NCBI GenBank assembly: GCA_002104905.1
Contig: MCFE01000275.1
Location: forward strand, 1-64,000
Direction of reading: 5' to 3'
DNA from: Basidiobolus meristosporus CBS 931.73
Lineage: Eukaryota; Fungi; Basidiobolomycota
DNA length: 64,000 nucleotides
Part shown: positions 12,231 to 24,839 of the stretch, one piece after another
How positions within the stretch are numbered: position 1 is the stretch's first letter
Layout: each line of letters starts with the position of its first letter
Translations under genes and position numbers: made by a program
The notes under the pieces: generated by a model
Databases searched by the model: none
Told to the model about the DNA's origin: nothing
What the model saw: the letters and a program-made list of their open reading frames with translations, nothing else

Positions 12231-15200
12231 CTGGCCATTATGTCGCATGGTCAATTGCTACTAGGGCCCAACAGTTGCATTTCATTGTAGTTGGCAGTCT
12301 TCCAATAAAGTCAATTCCCTATCTTTCAAAAGGTCTTACAGTCTCCAAGGGAAAGAGTACAGCAATTCTCTGTGGTTGGCCTTGGTTGATTTGGAAATTT
12401 GGGCATGTTTTCACTAGCTTCTCAATGTCTTGTTTCATTCTGGGCCACCATGCTCTGGCTTTCACAACACTATAGGTTCCTTCAATTCCAAGGTGTCCAT
12501 ATCCATTGTGTAGCTTATGTATTAAATCCAGGCAAGAAACATCAGGGCAATCGGCAATAGAGCTTCCATCAACAATATGGTAGAGTGTTTCATCCTGTAC
12601 TACAAATTTGCTGGCTTCATCCCGGATTATCTTCTTGATATCTTCATCCACCTCATTAGGAATGGCTTGGTCCTCCAACTACTTTGGTAATAGGCTAGGC
12701 CAATCTGATTCATGCACTAAGTTGAGTTGTCCAACTTGATCTAATCCTGATAAGGCATCAGCAACCGTATTGTTTTTTTAGGGCAGTAGACAATATCCAA
12801 GTCAAATTGCTGAATGTATTCACTACATCTTCTCATTCTTGTAGAGAGTACCTGCTGAGTAAATATGTACTTGAGTAAGGTATGATCAGTCTTCACAGTG
12901 CATTTGACTCCTTCAATATGGCATCTCCACGTCTTCAAACAGTGTATTGTAGCAAGCATCTCCTTCTCATGAACTGGATAGTTTTGTTCTGCTGAGTTCA
13001 GTTTCTTGGATTCAAAGGCAACAGGGTGGTCCTTTCCCTTGTGTTCTTGGCTCAACACTCCACCAATTGCATAATCTGAAGTGTCTGTGCACATAGTAAA
13101 CTCTTTTCTGAAGTCTGGTATTCTTAAGCTTGGCAGCTTAGCAAGTTCATTCTTGACCATCTGGAAGGCAGTCTCACAAACTATGTCCCACTTGTAGGTA
13201 TTGTCTTTCTTTAGGATATCAGTTAAAGGGGCTGCAATACTTGCAAAGGACTTGACAAATCTCCAATAACAGGAAACCATTCCAAGGAATGATCTGAGCT
13301 CTGATATGCTATGGGGCTGCTTCAGATTCTTGATGACTTCAACCTTCTTAGGGTCTAAGGTTACTCCTGTGCTAGTCACTATGTGTCTCAGATATTCAAC
13401 ATGTTCCTTGAAAAATTCATACTTGGGTAGCTTGCCATAGAGCTTGTTCTCTCTTAGCTTTTACAAGACCTTTTCAATGTGCACCAAGTAATCCTCTTCT
13501 GTCTTAGTGGCTACATTGAGTTGGTCCAAGAGCTTGTCAATCCAAGGTATTGGGTACTTATTCTTCATGGTAACTGAGTTGAGGGCTCTGTAGTCAACGC
13601 ACATCCCAAGTGTTCCATTCTTCTTCTTCACAAAAAGTACTGGTGCTCCCCAGGGTGACTTGCTGGGTCTGATATATCCTTGCTCCAGTAATTGATCTAT
13701 TTGTCTCTTCATCTCTTCCAACTCCAATGGACTCATTCTATTAGGTGTCTTACTCACTGGAGGGCTATCTCCTGTTTCAGTGGTATGAACCATGGCTCTG
13801 ACTGGTGGTAGGCTTACAAGCTCTTCCAGAAATATGTCTGAGTACTCCTTCAAAAGAGTCTGGACCTTCTAGGGTACTGGAGTCAGAGAATCCTGCTGTA
13901 ATACTGCCATGAGGAACATCTGCATGCCTTTTCTTAGTGCTCTACAGAACTGTGTCTTGCTAAGCTCACTTGTCTCACACACACTGGAATTGACCATGCT
14001 GAAATCCAGTCTGGCAGGTAATAGCTCATTGGTCTTGCTGTCCTTCAGGATCTGAGTAGCATAGGTTCTCCAGTTGATTGATGGATTACAACAAAATAGC
14101 CAGGTTTTCCAAAGTACAAGGTCAAACCTACAGTTCCCATATATATAGGCCTGCATATCTTCTTTATAGTCATTGATCTTCATCCTTACTGGCTGAGTAA
14201 TACGGTTGATTATGTGAGAGTTGCCATCAACTGTTGAGAATGAGTTGATTTGGTGGGTTCTGAGTTGATTCCAGCTATCAGAGCAAATTACTCTGGCATG
14301 CCCTCATGTAATGCTCATGAGTCAATCATGATCTTGGCAGGTACTCCATTGATTACTCCATTGAAGTATAATAGCTTTCCTGAGTTTGAGGTCATCTGGG
14401 ATAGGTATTCTTCTGTCATGTGGAAGGTGAGCTCTGAGTCTTCTTCAAGTTCATCCTCCATGTTACTATGCTCCATGGCCTCAATATGGTTAAAGGTTCT
14501 TCATGGCTGGTCTCCATTTCTTCTTTGAGGGCAGTACTTTGCAATATGTCCCTGCTGGTGGCAATTGAAGCAAAGTCCTTTCTTCTTACAGTCTTCTGAG
14601 GTAGGATTCTTCTGCATAGCATCTATTTTCATTGTAACTGCTTCTGACTGTCTTCTTTCATAGTGATTGTAGCCACTCTAATAAGTCATTGTGGGTTTCC
14701 CAACTCCAAACAAAGCTGAGTCATAGTTAATGGCAATCTTGATGGCTTCTTCAGTAGTCTGAGGTCTTTGATAAATCACTTCCTTACAAGCTCTTTCTTT
14801 CAACCCATCAATAAAGTATTCAACCTGATTCAGAGGGTCCATTCTTTAAATTGGTTCAAGTAGACATCTATACTCATAGATGTACTCTTGGACCATTCCT
14901 TTTTGTCTGAGTGTCTTCAACTTTCTTCTTAGTAGTGTCTGTTGGTGTGGGGGCTCAAAGGCATTCTGAATTCCCATCACAAACTTATCCCAGGTAGCAA
15001 TTGTAGAGCATCCCATTATGGTGGCTGACCTGATCTTGTTGTGGAACCACTGCAAAGCTGCATCTGCTAGGTAAGAGGCTGAATAATGTAACTTGTGTTC
15101 TGGAGCAATTCCCTTAGCCTTGAAAGCTTCTTCAATCTGAAAGAGTCAAGTTCCCATGTTTTCATTGACTCTACCATGGTACTACTTGACCTTCACACTA

Positions 15201-15398
15201 AAGTTGCTCTTGACAGGGTTTTGCTAGCTTTGGGCCAAGGTGGTAATTCCTTGTTGCAGCAGGCTAAGGATCTGGAGTAACTGTTGCTGCTGGGCCAGGA
15301 TTTGTTGCATAGCATTCTTCCATTCATGATTTTTGGATATCTTGAGGGAGACTTCTTCTTTCTTCAGGAGGGATGTTTCTGGTTATCACTGCTGCCAA

Positions 15399-15767
15399 TG
15401 TTATAAGTCTTGGTATAAGAGTTGTAGAGGAATAGAGAGTTTAGCTAGTACTGTATTCACTAAAACTTGGGCAGATTGTTATTGAGATTACAGCAGCTCC
15501 TTATATACATTTTGCCAGATAAATTGCTGACTAATTGTATTTCCTAATGTAGGCTGTGGCTGATTACTCATTTGATTGCATCATCATCACCCTATAAGAA
15601 CCTACCTAATATATCTATTTCTGTCTGATAAGGATCTGCTGATTCATTTGCCAACTAATTTTACTGATTTGATAGATAATACTGATATACTGATAACCTA
15701 AACAAATAACTGGTTGATTTGACTAAAAACTGATCTAACTTAAATATTCTAGTAGCAGATCACAACA
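15399..15767 (-). repeat. LTR family E shared between two tandem internal regions
   Basis: PBS and gag lie on its left; PPT and integrase tail lie on its right. Confidence 0.9.
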
Positions 15768-16140
15768 TTCTCCCTTGCTAAAGCTGAGAGGGTTTTCCTG
15801 AATCTCTTTTCTTGTGATACCAATAACTTGATGGCTCAGTATTATCAGCAAGTCCTGCAAGCTTAAGTCTGTCCCTATGCACTAAGTCTTCCCAGATATT
15901 GCCTTGTTTGTCCACTAGTTGGTAAGTTGCAACTGGACATTCTCTGATGATCTTGAATGGTCCTGTCCATTTTGGCTCACACTTATTCCTAGTGTTGTTT
16001 CTTAGCAATACAAAGTCTCAACTGTCAATGCTTCTGGTGCTACAGTCTTATCAAATCTCTGCTTCATCTTTTCTGAACTTTGAGATACTTTGGTCTGTGT
16101 CTCTTGACGTCTTTGTTCCAGTTGCTGGTGTCTACTTGGA
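15768..16140 (-). mobile_element. 3' end (integrase tail + PPT) of a second, truncated family E element
   Basis: Near-duplicate of 5521..5890; ORF 15778..16008 contains WTGPFKII. Confidence 0.88.
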
Positions 16141-18508
16141 CAACAATATGTAATATGATTATTAACTAAAATTAATTAAATAATATTTGGGAAAAAAATA
16201 AACACATAGAAAAAGTTGTGCGACAATTATACATAAAAAATATATATTAATTATTGAAAAATATCAAATTTTTAAACTAATAATATCTTTGGAACAACTA
16301 TGTGTTCTTATTACATAGTTATATATGCTGTACAAATAAAAAATATTATGACCCTTTCAAATACAAGATTATATAGTGTAAGACTAGATATGTATACCAT
16401 GAATGAGTTAAAACAAATGCTTGGAAAATAATTTAACGGTTTGCCTTTACAGTGATAAATAACACAATTCTGGACTTTGATATCAAACTACTCAATTTCT
16501 CACTTTGCAGCAATGATACCACATTTTCTATCTGTGGTATTAACAGCATAACTTGTATATACTTGTTAAATACTCATCTGCTCTCTGGAATACCTCCAAT
16601 ATTCTCTGAGCTATTGCATCAACAGCATTAGTCACTGCTGATAGTTCCCTCAATAATACATGGTATTAGTTCACAACATACTTGCAAATACTTGAAGTGG
16701 TGATGTTGTAGCAGTCATTTGCTGGTCTTCAGCTGGATGTATAAGTCTGCTAGTATCATTGCAGAGATTTTCAAATGCATAGTTGACTGAGTGACAGAAA
16801 ATTCCAGATTATTATCCTCACTGGGCAAACCATCAGCATACTCTTTTTTGGCAGTAGCCCCACTGCTTATAATAAATGACAAACAAACTGGAGTCCAATT
16901 ATTCTCCTGCTGTGGTCTGCATTGGGTCAGATTAGGTGCCAGAGAGCTTTATTTTATCTGTTGGTAAAATATATATTGAAACTTAACACCTCTAAGGGGA
17001 CATTGCAATATATTTACATAAGAACAAGGTTCCATTTGTTTACTTCTGATGCTTATTTTTATTGACTATTCATATACTTGATATTAATGTGCGTGCTGAG
17101 CCTTAGATACCAGACTTTCTTAGATAGAGATGAATACTGACTAAAACAATAAAGAATAGTGTCTCAGTATTGAATATCAAGCTGCATGTCCCATGGTCAA
17201 GTCTATCTTGATTTAACACCATAAGAGAAGATAGAATAGCTCTGTGTATAATAAGCTTGTTCCACTGTATTATGCCAGGGCATGCAGCGCAATCTGCGGT
17301 GATTGCAAATAATTGGGTGTGAGGTGTAGCCACCAGTAGGGAAGATTAATCTTGAAAAGGTTTTCACTGTATAGGATGATCTTGCATACTACTAGACAAT
17401 ATGACAGAATGTGGTTGGCCCAATGTGTTGACAGTTTTTTAAAAGAATTGCATGGTGCTCTGACAGTTTCAATGGACTCTGCATTGATTTGTGCAGACCT
17501 ACCACACTAATACATTGAATTGTCTTATATGGCAACAAACTTGAGGGTGCTCAAACAGCCTCATTGCAGACTTTGGCAGGCATTATAAAGCAGTATGGCA
17601 GCCCACTGCTAGCTCTGAACAATGCTACTATACCAATTTATCAAATAGTATATCCTTCTTCTACCTCCCCTTGTGCCATTCAAACATTACACTGTAGAAT
17701 TACCTGCTGAAATGCTGGACTATTTGGTATCATTCAACAGCCAAAAATTTACTAAGCTATTCTAGTCTAGTATTGGTCACTGTAGGACTAGTTTGCAGCC
17801 CCAACTTTGTCAGTTTCTTCATATCTATTATCCTATGATTATTCCCCTATAGTGATGATCAAAATAACACTTTTCACCAAACATTATGTACTAACCCTGA
17901 AGCTGTAACAGAATGCTCCTGAATGTTAAGAAACCCTCCTTACTTAGTGTTACAGCTGTAATGCATTTACAAAGGTACAATTATTTATCCTCTTTATGAG
18001 TAGACAACAGTTTGACTATTATCACTATGTCCTGATAAGTTCCTTATAGCCAGATCACATCTTAAACTGTACCAGGAATAAATAGTAGTATAGAGCTGTA
18101 GTGCTCCTGCCAAAGTTATCAAAAAGCACATAAACACCTAAATACTTATTAGATGGGAAGTATAATAGGGTTACTTGTTGAGGGAAGCTGTAGAGAATAA
18201 CTTAGTAGAGTTAGTTTACTGTCCAACTGACAGAATGATAGCACATATATTGACAAAACCACTAGCTAGACCACCGTTGAGAACATCAGAAAGGAATTAG
18301 GATTAAGAAATTATTTATATGAGGGGGAGTGTTGAAATATTGGACTATTTGGTATCATTCAGAAACTTAAAATTTACTAAGCAATTTGAGACTAGTCTTG
18401 GTCACTGTAGAACTAATTTGCAGCCCCAGCTTTGCTAATTTCCTCACATTTATGATCCTACATTTATTCCCCTATAGTGATGATCAAAATAACACTTTTC
18501 ACAAACAT

Positions 18509-19244
18509 TAGACTTGTTCCGTTGGATAGTGCCACATTGAGCCATGAGTGCCAAATGATGCCATAGTGTGCCAGAGAGGCCAAGTGAGCCTACACTTGGC
18601 CACAGAGTGTGAAACATAGCTCTGCATCTTCATGTAAAGCAGCCCCTGTGTTTCACCCATTGCGCAGGAGAAAATCCATTTTTTGACCTTTTTTTGTGGA
18701 TCAATGTAGCTCAGGATGTGTAAGAGCACAGGAGAGCTGAGGATATGCATCTGGTACCCAATACCCATGGCACTCTGAATCTAGCTCCAGTAGCTTGTAT
18801 CATGTCACAAAAATGAATGGCACTATCTTGGTCCACTGGTACTATCTGGCACTATATTTAAATATTAGCCCTAAAGTAAGATCTATACAAAGCACTTATA
18901 GTGCCAGATAGTACCAGTGGACCAAGATAGGGCCATTCATTTTTGTGACATGATACAAGCTACAGGAGCTAGATTCAGAGTGCCATGGGTATTGAGTACC
19001 AGATGCATATCTTCAATCTGCTTGTGCTCTAACATATCCTGCACAACATTGATCCAAAAAAAAAGGTCAAAAAATGGATTTTCTCCAACACAATGGGTGA
19101 AACACAGGGGCTGCCTTGCATGAAGATGCGGAGCTATGTTTCACACCCTGTGGCCAGGTAGAGGCTCAATTGGCCTCTCTGGCACACTATGGCATCATTT
19201 GGCACTCATGGCTCAATGTGGCACTATCCAACGGAACAAGTCTA
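18509..19244. mobile_element. Foldback / giant-MITE-like palindrome, 348-bp arms with 40-bp spacer, TA at both ends
   Basis: 18509..18856 is the reverse complement of 18897..19244 (outer about 70 bp identical, roughly 90% overall). It interrupts an LTR B at cat-TA. Confidence 0.9.
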
Positions 19245-19435
19245 TTTTGTACTGACCCTGAAGCTGTTACACAATGCTCCTAAATGTTAAGAAACCCACC
19301 GTACTTAGTGTTACAGCTGTTATGCTTTTCCAAAGGTATAAACACTGATCCTCTTTATGAATAAACATCAGTTCAACTATTATCACTATATCTTGATAGG
19401 TTCCTGGTATACAACTCATTTCTTAAATTGCAACA

Positions 19436-19449
19436 AGTTATGAGCCCTG
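19436..19449 (+). promoter_or_regulatory. Half-tRNA-iMet (anticodon arm) PBS agttatgagccctg
   Basis: GTTATGAGCCCTG is complementary to CAGGGCUCAUAAC of initiator tRNA-Met, as in Ty5/copia. Confidence 0.8.
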
Positions 19450-22400
19450 ATTACCTTAGCCAACTCTAAAGATGATTTCTACCAGAAAACAGAGCAATGC
19501 AATTATCTTCCCTTTAAAGGAGGGGTTGGATGGGAGAAACTACGGATCATAGAGAATCATAATGCCAATCCACCATGGGGAAAGAAAGCTTTGGAATATA
19601 GTAACAGGAAAAGAACGTAAGCCCAAAAGAACAGCAGCAGAAGTGGAAAAGTCTCAGGAAAAGAAGGGAAAAGCCTTTAATACTATATGTTTCAATGTGC
19701 AAGATTCCTTCATCAGACAAATCCATGCTTCAAATAATGCAAATGCAGCATTGGAGTTCTTAGAGAAGATATTTAGAACCAAGTCAGTATCAAGCAAGCT
19801 TTATTTAAACAAAAGTTCTTCAACAAGAGGAAGAAGCCAGATGTTGATATGCTACAACTCATAACCAGAATAGAGACACCTGCAGAAGAACTTTACCGCT
19901 TTGATGCTGGTGTAGATGATGAAGAAAATATACTCTGCCTGCTTTGCAGCCTACCAGACAAATACAAGCCACTCATACTCTCTTTTGTAAGTAGAGAAGA
20001 CAATCTGACTTTAGTCCATATCAACGGGAGACTTTTCCACAAAGAGCTCAGATGTAATGATAAAGCAGAGAAACTGAAGACATGCTTTATTCTGCTCAGA
20101 AAGGCACAAAGAAAACAAGGTAAAACAACAAAACCAAAGAAAACCTGGTTGTGGTAACCATTGTAGGAAGCCAGGACACTTGGGAAGAGAATGCAAGAAG
20201 AAACTAGCTGACAAAACACAGAAACTGGAGCAGGCAAGCCATTGAACTACTGATTAACAGTTATTTGTCACTGTACAAGAGAGTGTAAGTAGCTAAAGTC
20301 ATGAATGGTATATTGACTATGGAGCATCACCGCAGATTTGTGGTATAAAGGAGTGGTTCTGCAACTTAAAGACTATTCCTGTAAGAAATGTTTATCTGCG
20401 TGACAACTCTGCACTGCAGGCTACTGCTGGTGGGTGTATACTACTAAATTTGAGTATTATCTCCGGGTGTACAGCAGCAATTCTGACTGATGTCCTCTAC
20501 ATACCTGGAATAGCTAAATACCTTCTCTCAGTCAGTAAAGCAGCTGCTCAGGAACTGAAATTTGCTTTTACTAAGATGAGCTGCTCAGCATTGAGTGAAA
20601 ATGGATAAAGATATGCTGTGGAAATTAATAGTCACAATATGTATAAGTTAAAATGCAAGATCATTGTGCCCAAGTAGGCCAGAATTGCTGAAATAGATGA
20701 AACCAACTGGGAGACATGGCATAGAAGGCTAGGACACAATGGAGAACAGAAAATCACCTGATTATTTAAAAATGAGTTTGTTTCAGGCCTAAATTACTCA
20801 ATTCAAATCAAGTTGAGTGTCTGTAAGGGTTGTGCATATGGCAAACAAGCTAGGCAGAGTTTCAGGAGCTCAGGAGGCATCAGCACTGCCAAAATACTAG
20901 CTATTCTACACTCAGACATATGTGGGCCCATGAGAACATTTTCCTTTGGAGCAAAGAGATACTCTATGATATTTATTGATGACAAGACAAGATATACATG
21001 GATATGCCCCCTAAAAACAAAGGATGAGGCTTTAGAGACATTTCAACACTTCCAGTACATGGCAGAAAAACAATCTGGGTATAAATTGAAAATACTTCAA
21101 AGTGACAATGGAGGGGAATACTGCTCAAAATGGTCTGTAGAATACTGCTCATCTACTGGTAAACCTCAACAAACCACTGTTCCACCTACTCCACAGTAAA
21201 ATGGAGCAGCAGAATATGCAAACAGAATGATAGTAGATATGGGAAGATCTATGCTACATGATAAGGGAGTGGACTACAGGTTTGGGCTGAATCTTTTGCT
21301 ACTGTGGTATACATCAAGAATATATGCCCAATAACAGCTCTGCATGATTCTATACCCTACAGAGCATATACAGGCAAAAAAACAGGCCTCCAGCACCTCA
21401 GGATCTTTGGCAGTGATGTATTTTATCACATCCCTGACAAAAAACACTTAAAGCTGGAACCAAAGAGTTGAAAAGGGATCTTTTTTGGGGATTGTGATGA
21501 ATCTAAAGGGTAGGGACATTGCACTTGAGGAAAATTCAGACTGTAAAGCTACAGAAATCATTGGCCAGCTGCCTGATGATGTAATCAACACCAATGAAAA
21601 AGATAGGTACTTATAACATTTCCAGATCAGAACAGATTGTTCCATTTAGTGGATCTACTAGAATAAGAAATGCCCTTGGATTGTGGTGGTGGATGTCTAA
21701 TGATCATGGGGAAGCTTATCTTGCCTTATGTGTCAAGTTTCAGAATTTGGAGCAGGAAATGCAAAGTCCAGATGCTACTATCTGGCAACAAGCCATGCAG
21801 GCGGAGTAACAATGGGTGATCAAAGCAAAAATGTGGGAGTTTGTAGATTAACCAAATGGGAGAAAGCCAATAGTACGTAGATGGGTCTAAAAGATCAAGA
21901 TAACCTGCAATGGTATGGTTGATGAGTACAAGGTTAGATTGGTGGCTGAAGGCTATACCCAGATACATGGAATAGACTTTGAGGAAAGATTTGCTCCAGT
22001 TGTCAAGTGTAACTCCATTAGGACAGTTCTAGCACTGGCAGCTGTAGACAGTCTAGATGTGCACCAAATGGACATCAAAACAGCCTTTCTAAATTGGCAT
22101 TTGCAAGAAACTATATATATGGAGCAACCAAAAGGCTTTGCCAATCCAGAAGGCCCCCATAAGGTGTGCAGACTCAAGAAATTGTTGTATGGGCTTGGAA
22201 AGGCACCTAGAGCATGGTATAACAAGACTGACCCACATCTAGAGGAGACTGGGTTAATTTGTAGCACTGCAGATCACAGTATATATGTAAGACAGCTTCA
22301 AAAGGGTATGAACATCCTAGTTCTTTTTGTGGACAACCTAATCATAGCTACAAGTGACCAGGAGGCACTTGAACAGACAAAATCAGAACTCTTTAGCAAG

Positions 22401-23309
22401 TTTAAGATGAAAAATCTGGGAAAATTGAGCTATTTTCTTGGAATTTAAGTGAACTTTGATAAATCAACGCAATGAATTGTGCTGAATTAGTTAAAGTACA
22501 TCAGGGAAATTCAAAGATGCTTCAAATGGAAAATTGCAAGCCTGCAGCTACCCCTATGGGCAATTATCTAAAATTGAGCAAACCTCAGCCAGTTTTTGGC
22601 AAAAACAGCTAAAATATGGATCAAAACTTTCCCAATCAATCAATGATTGGTAGCCTGTTGTGCTTGATAGTGTCTGCATGCCCAGATATTGCAGTGGCAG
22701 CTGAGATAGCCGGTCAATTCATGCAGAATTATGGATCAGATCAGATTACAGCAGTTAAGTGGCTCTCCAGATATCTAAAGGTACCATAATTATGGTACTG
22801 AAATACTCTGGAACAGCTAATACTCAATAATTTGATGGTTATAGTAATTTAGATTGGGGTACAGATCTGATTGACAGGTGCTCTAACTTGGGGTGTGTAA
22901 CTCTTTATGCTGGTGTAGCCATAGCTTTGAATTGGATGAAACAACCAACTGTGACCCTTTCTATAACTGAAGCTGAATATAGGGCTGCTTGCCAAGCAAT
23001 TGAGGAGGCTATATAGCTACAGAAATTACTCAAAAACCTAGGCCTTAATTCATATGAACCAGCATGTATTTACAAAGATAAGCAAAGATGAATTTCACTA
23101 GCTTGGTATTCTACTAATCAAGCCAGAACTAAGCACATCAATGTACAACAGCACTTGGTGAGGGAAGTTTTAGAATTAACTTTGTAGAGTTAGTTCACAG
23201 TTCAACTAACAAAATGGCGGCACATATATTGACAAAACCACCAGCTATATCACAGTATGAGAGTCACAGAAAGGAATTAGGATTAAGAAATATTTTTCCT
23301 GAGGGGGAG

Positions 23310-23678
23310 TGTTGAATTATTGAACTATTCGGTATCATTCAGCAGTCAAAAATTTACTAAGGAATTCTAGACTAGTCTTGGTCACTGTTGGACTAACTTG
23401 CAGCCCCAACTTTGCCAGTTTCTTCATGTTTATGATCCTATGATTACTCCCCTATAATGAAGATCAAAATAAAACTTTTCACCAAACATTATGTACTCAC
23501 CCTGAAGCTGTTACAGAATGCTCCTGAATGTTAAGAAAACCTCTGTACTTAGTGTTACAGCTGTATTGCTTCTACAAAGGTATAAACACTAATCCACTTT
23601 ATGAATAGACAACCGTTCAACTATTATCACTATATCTTGATAAGTTCCTATATCCAAATCACTTTTCAAATTGCAACA
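23310..23678 (+). repeat. 3' LTR family B
   Basis: TGTTG...CAACA after the PPT. Confidence 0.95.
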
Positions 23679-24839
23679 TCACCCTTGGTTCTTTCTTACC
23701 CACTACTACCTTTGGTGTCCCACATATAGCACTGATCAGAAAGAGCTATGGCATGCTGCTTGCTAACTTCCACATTTATGCACACCCATTGCAATTAACA
23801 AACTTCTGTCACCTCACCTTCATAGCCTCTCAGTATGATACTTGCAAAGTTGCCATACATGTAATATTGATTGTAGCATATGTATCTTGCAAACATAAAC
23901 CTGGTGGCCACCACTTTGCCATGAATTTCTACTGGATATTGCAGAGAATCCATTGGAAATTAATCAATGTATTCCTTCCCTCTGATGGTTTGAGTTCCCC
24001 TTATAGGTGTGCTATGGCCCTTGCTTGTGTGATTTCCATATTGAATGGTATAGGAACTGGCTTGTGACCAGGAGAAATCTGATATACCTTGGTTGTGTTT
24101 TTCTAGTATCAATTAGTTGCTTATTGCACCCAAAACAACATTGCATTACTTTACTGAATACCCATGCATTGGGGCTGCTAAGCTTTGTAATGCCATGGGC
24201 ATAGTATCTCCATGTGCACATTTGTGCTCAGTATTCTCCAAGTCTTCCTGGCTGTCCTCCAAGTGCCAACTCATCAAATCCATGATGAACTTGAATATAA
24301 TATTCTTGATAAGATTGGGCAATGGTAGTACCTTCAACTTGACCTGTCTCCCTATATTGTTATACATCCACTCCATAGGAAGCTCCAAAAAAGTGAAATA
24401 AGGTCCCATATTTGCAACACATGAAGTAAGATGGAGTAGTCAATGGATACAGTAGTGGCAGAGATCTATGTGCTTAGCATTATGTTTATATTATAGTAGC
24501 TCAAATTCTGTCACAAACTTGTTGCACAAATGCTGTGGAGGTATCAAGCTGACAGTGGTGATCCACTTCTGTGTAAGTATTCCTACAGCTTCAACATATG
24601 AATCCCAATATTTCCCATATACTCTTGGTAGAAATTGCTTCAGAAGGCCACATATATAAATACATATCCAGTTCATCCAGTCCTTGCACTTGTATTGTTG
24701 CATATATGTGTGAATGCTGATTGGAGCCTGTGAGAAGTACTTAGTATAGCAGATATTCTGTTTTATCATGCCAATCCCTTAAATTTCCTTATTATCTTGA
24801 AGGGCTCATTTAGCCCCTTGTACAACTTAGTCATCAGTA

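Larger units (their letters stand above)
5152..15767 (-). mobile_element. Ty3/Gypsy element family E (gag-PR-RT-RH-INT, decayed), split by element D
   Basis: LTRs at 5152..5520 and 15399..15767; PPT ttctcccttgct at 5521; PBS next to 15398. ORFs 14846..15055 (gag), 13461..13853 (RT), 12741..13379 (RNase H), 12319..12678 and 5974..6324 (integrase). Confidence 0.9.
17705..23678 (+). mobile_element. Ty1/Copia family B tandem array: LTR - 255-bp internal remnant - LTR - full decayed internal region - LTR
   Basis: LTRs at 17705..18074, 18330..19435 (interrupted) and 23310..23678. PPT gagggggag precedes 18330 and 23310; PBS at 19436. Motifs CKGCAYGKQ, LHSDICGP, HQMDIKTAFL. Near-TSD ttacc/tcacc. Confidence 0.9.
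17510..24830 (-). mobile_element. CACTA/EnSpm-like transposase remnant, split by the Copia B array
   Basis: ORFs 24491..24769 and 24146..24409 match 36374..36994. The flanks of 17705..23678 rejoin into sequence colinear with the reverse complement of about 37330..37570. Confidence 0.7.

Noticed and set aside
16145-16440. Very AT-rich tract as centromere core or replication origin
   Set aside because: Composition alone is not evidence, and no repeat structure or motif supports it.
18529-18605. Regularly spaced GCCA motifs as a CRISPR-like array
   Set aside because: The units are 4-6 bp with no spacers, lie within a foldback arm, and the context is eukaryotic.
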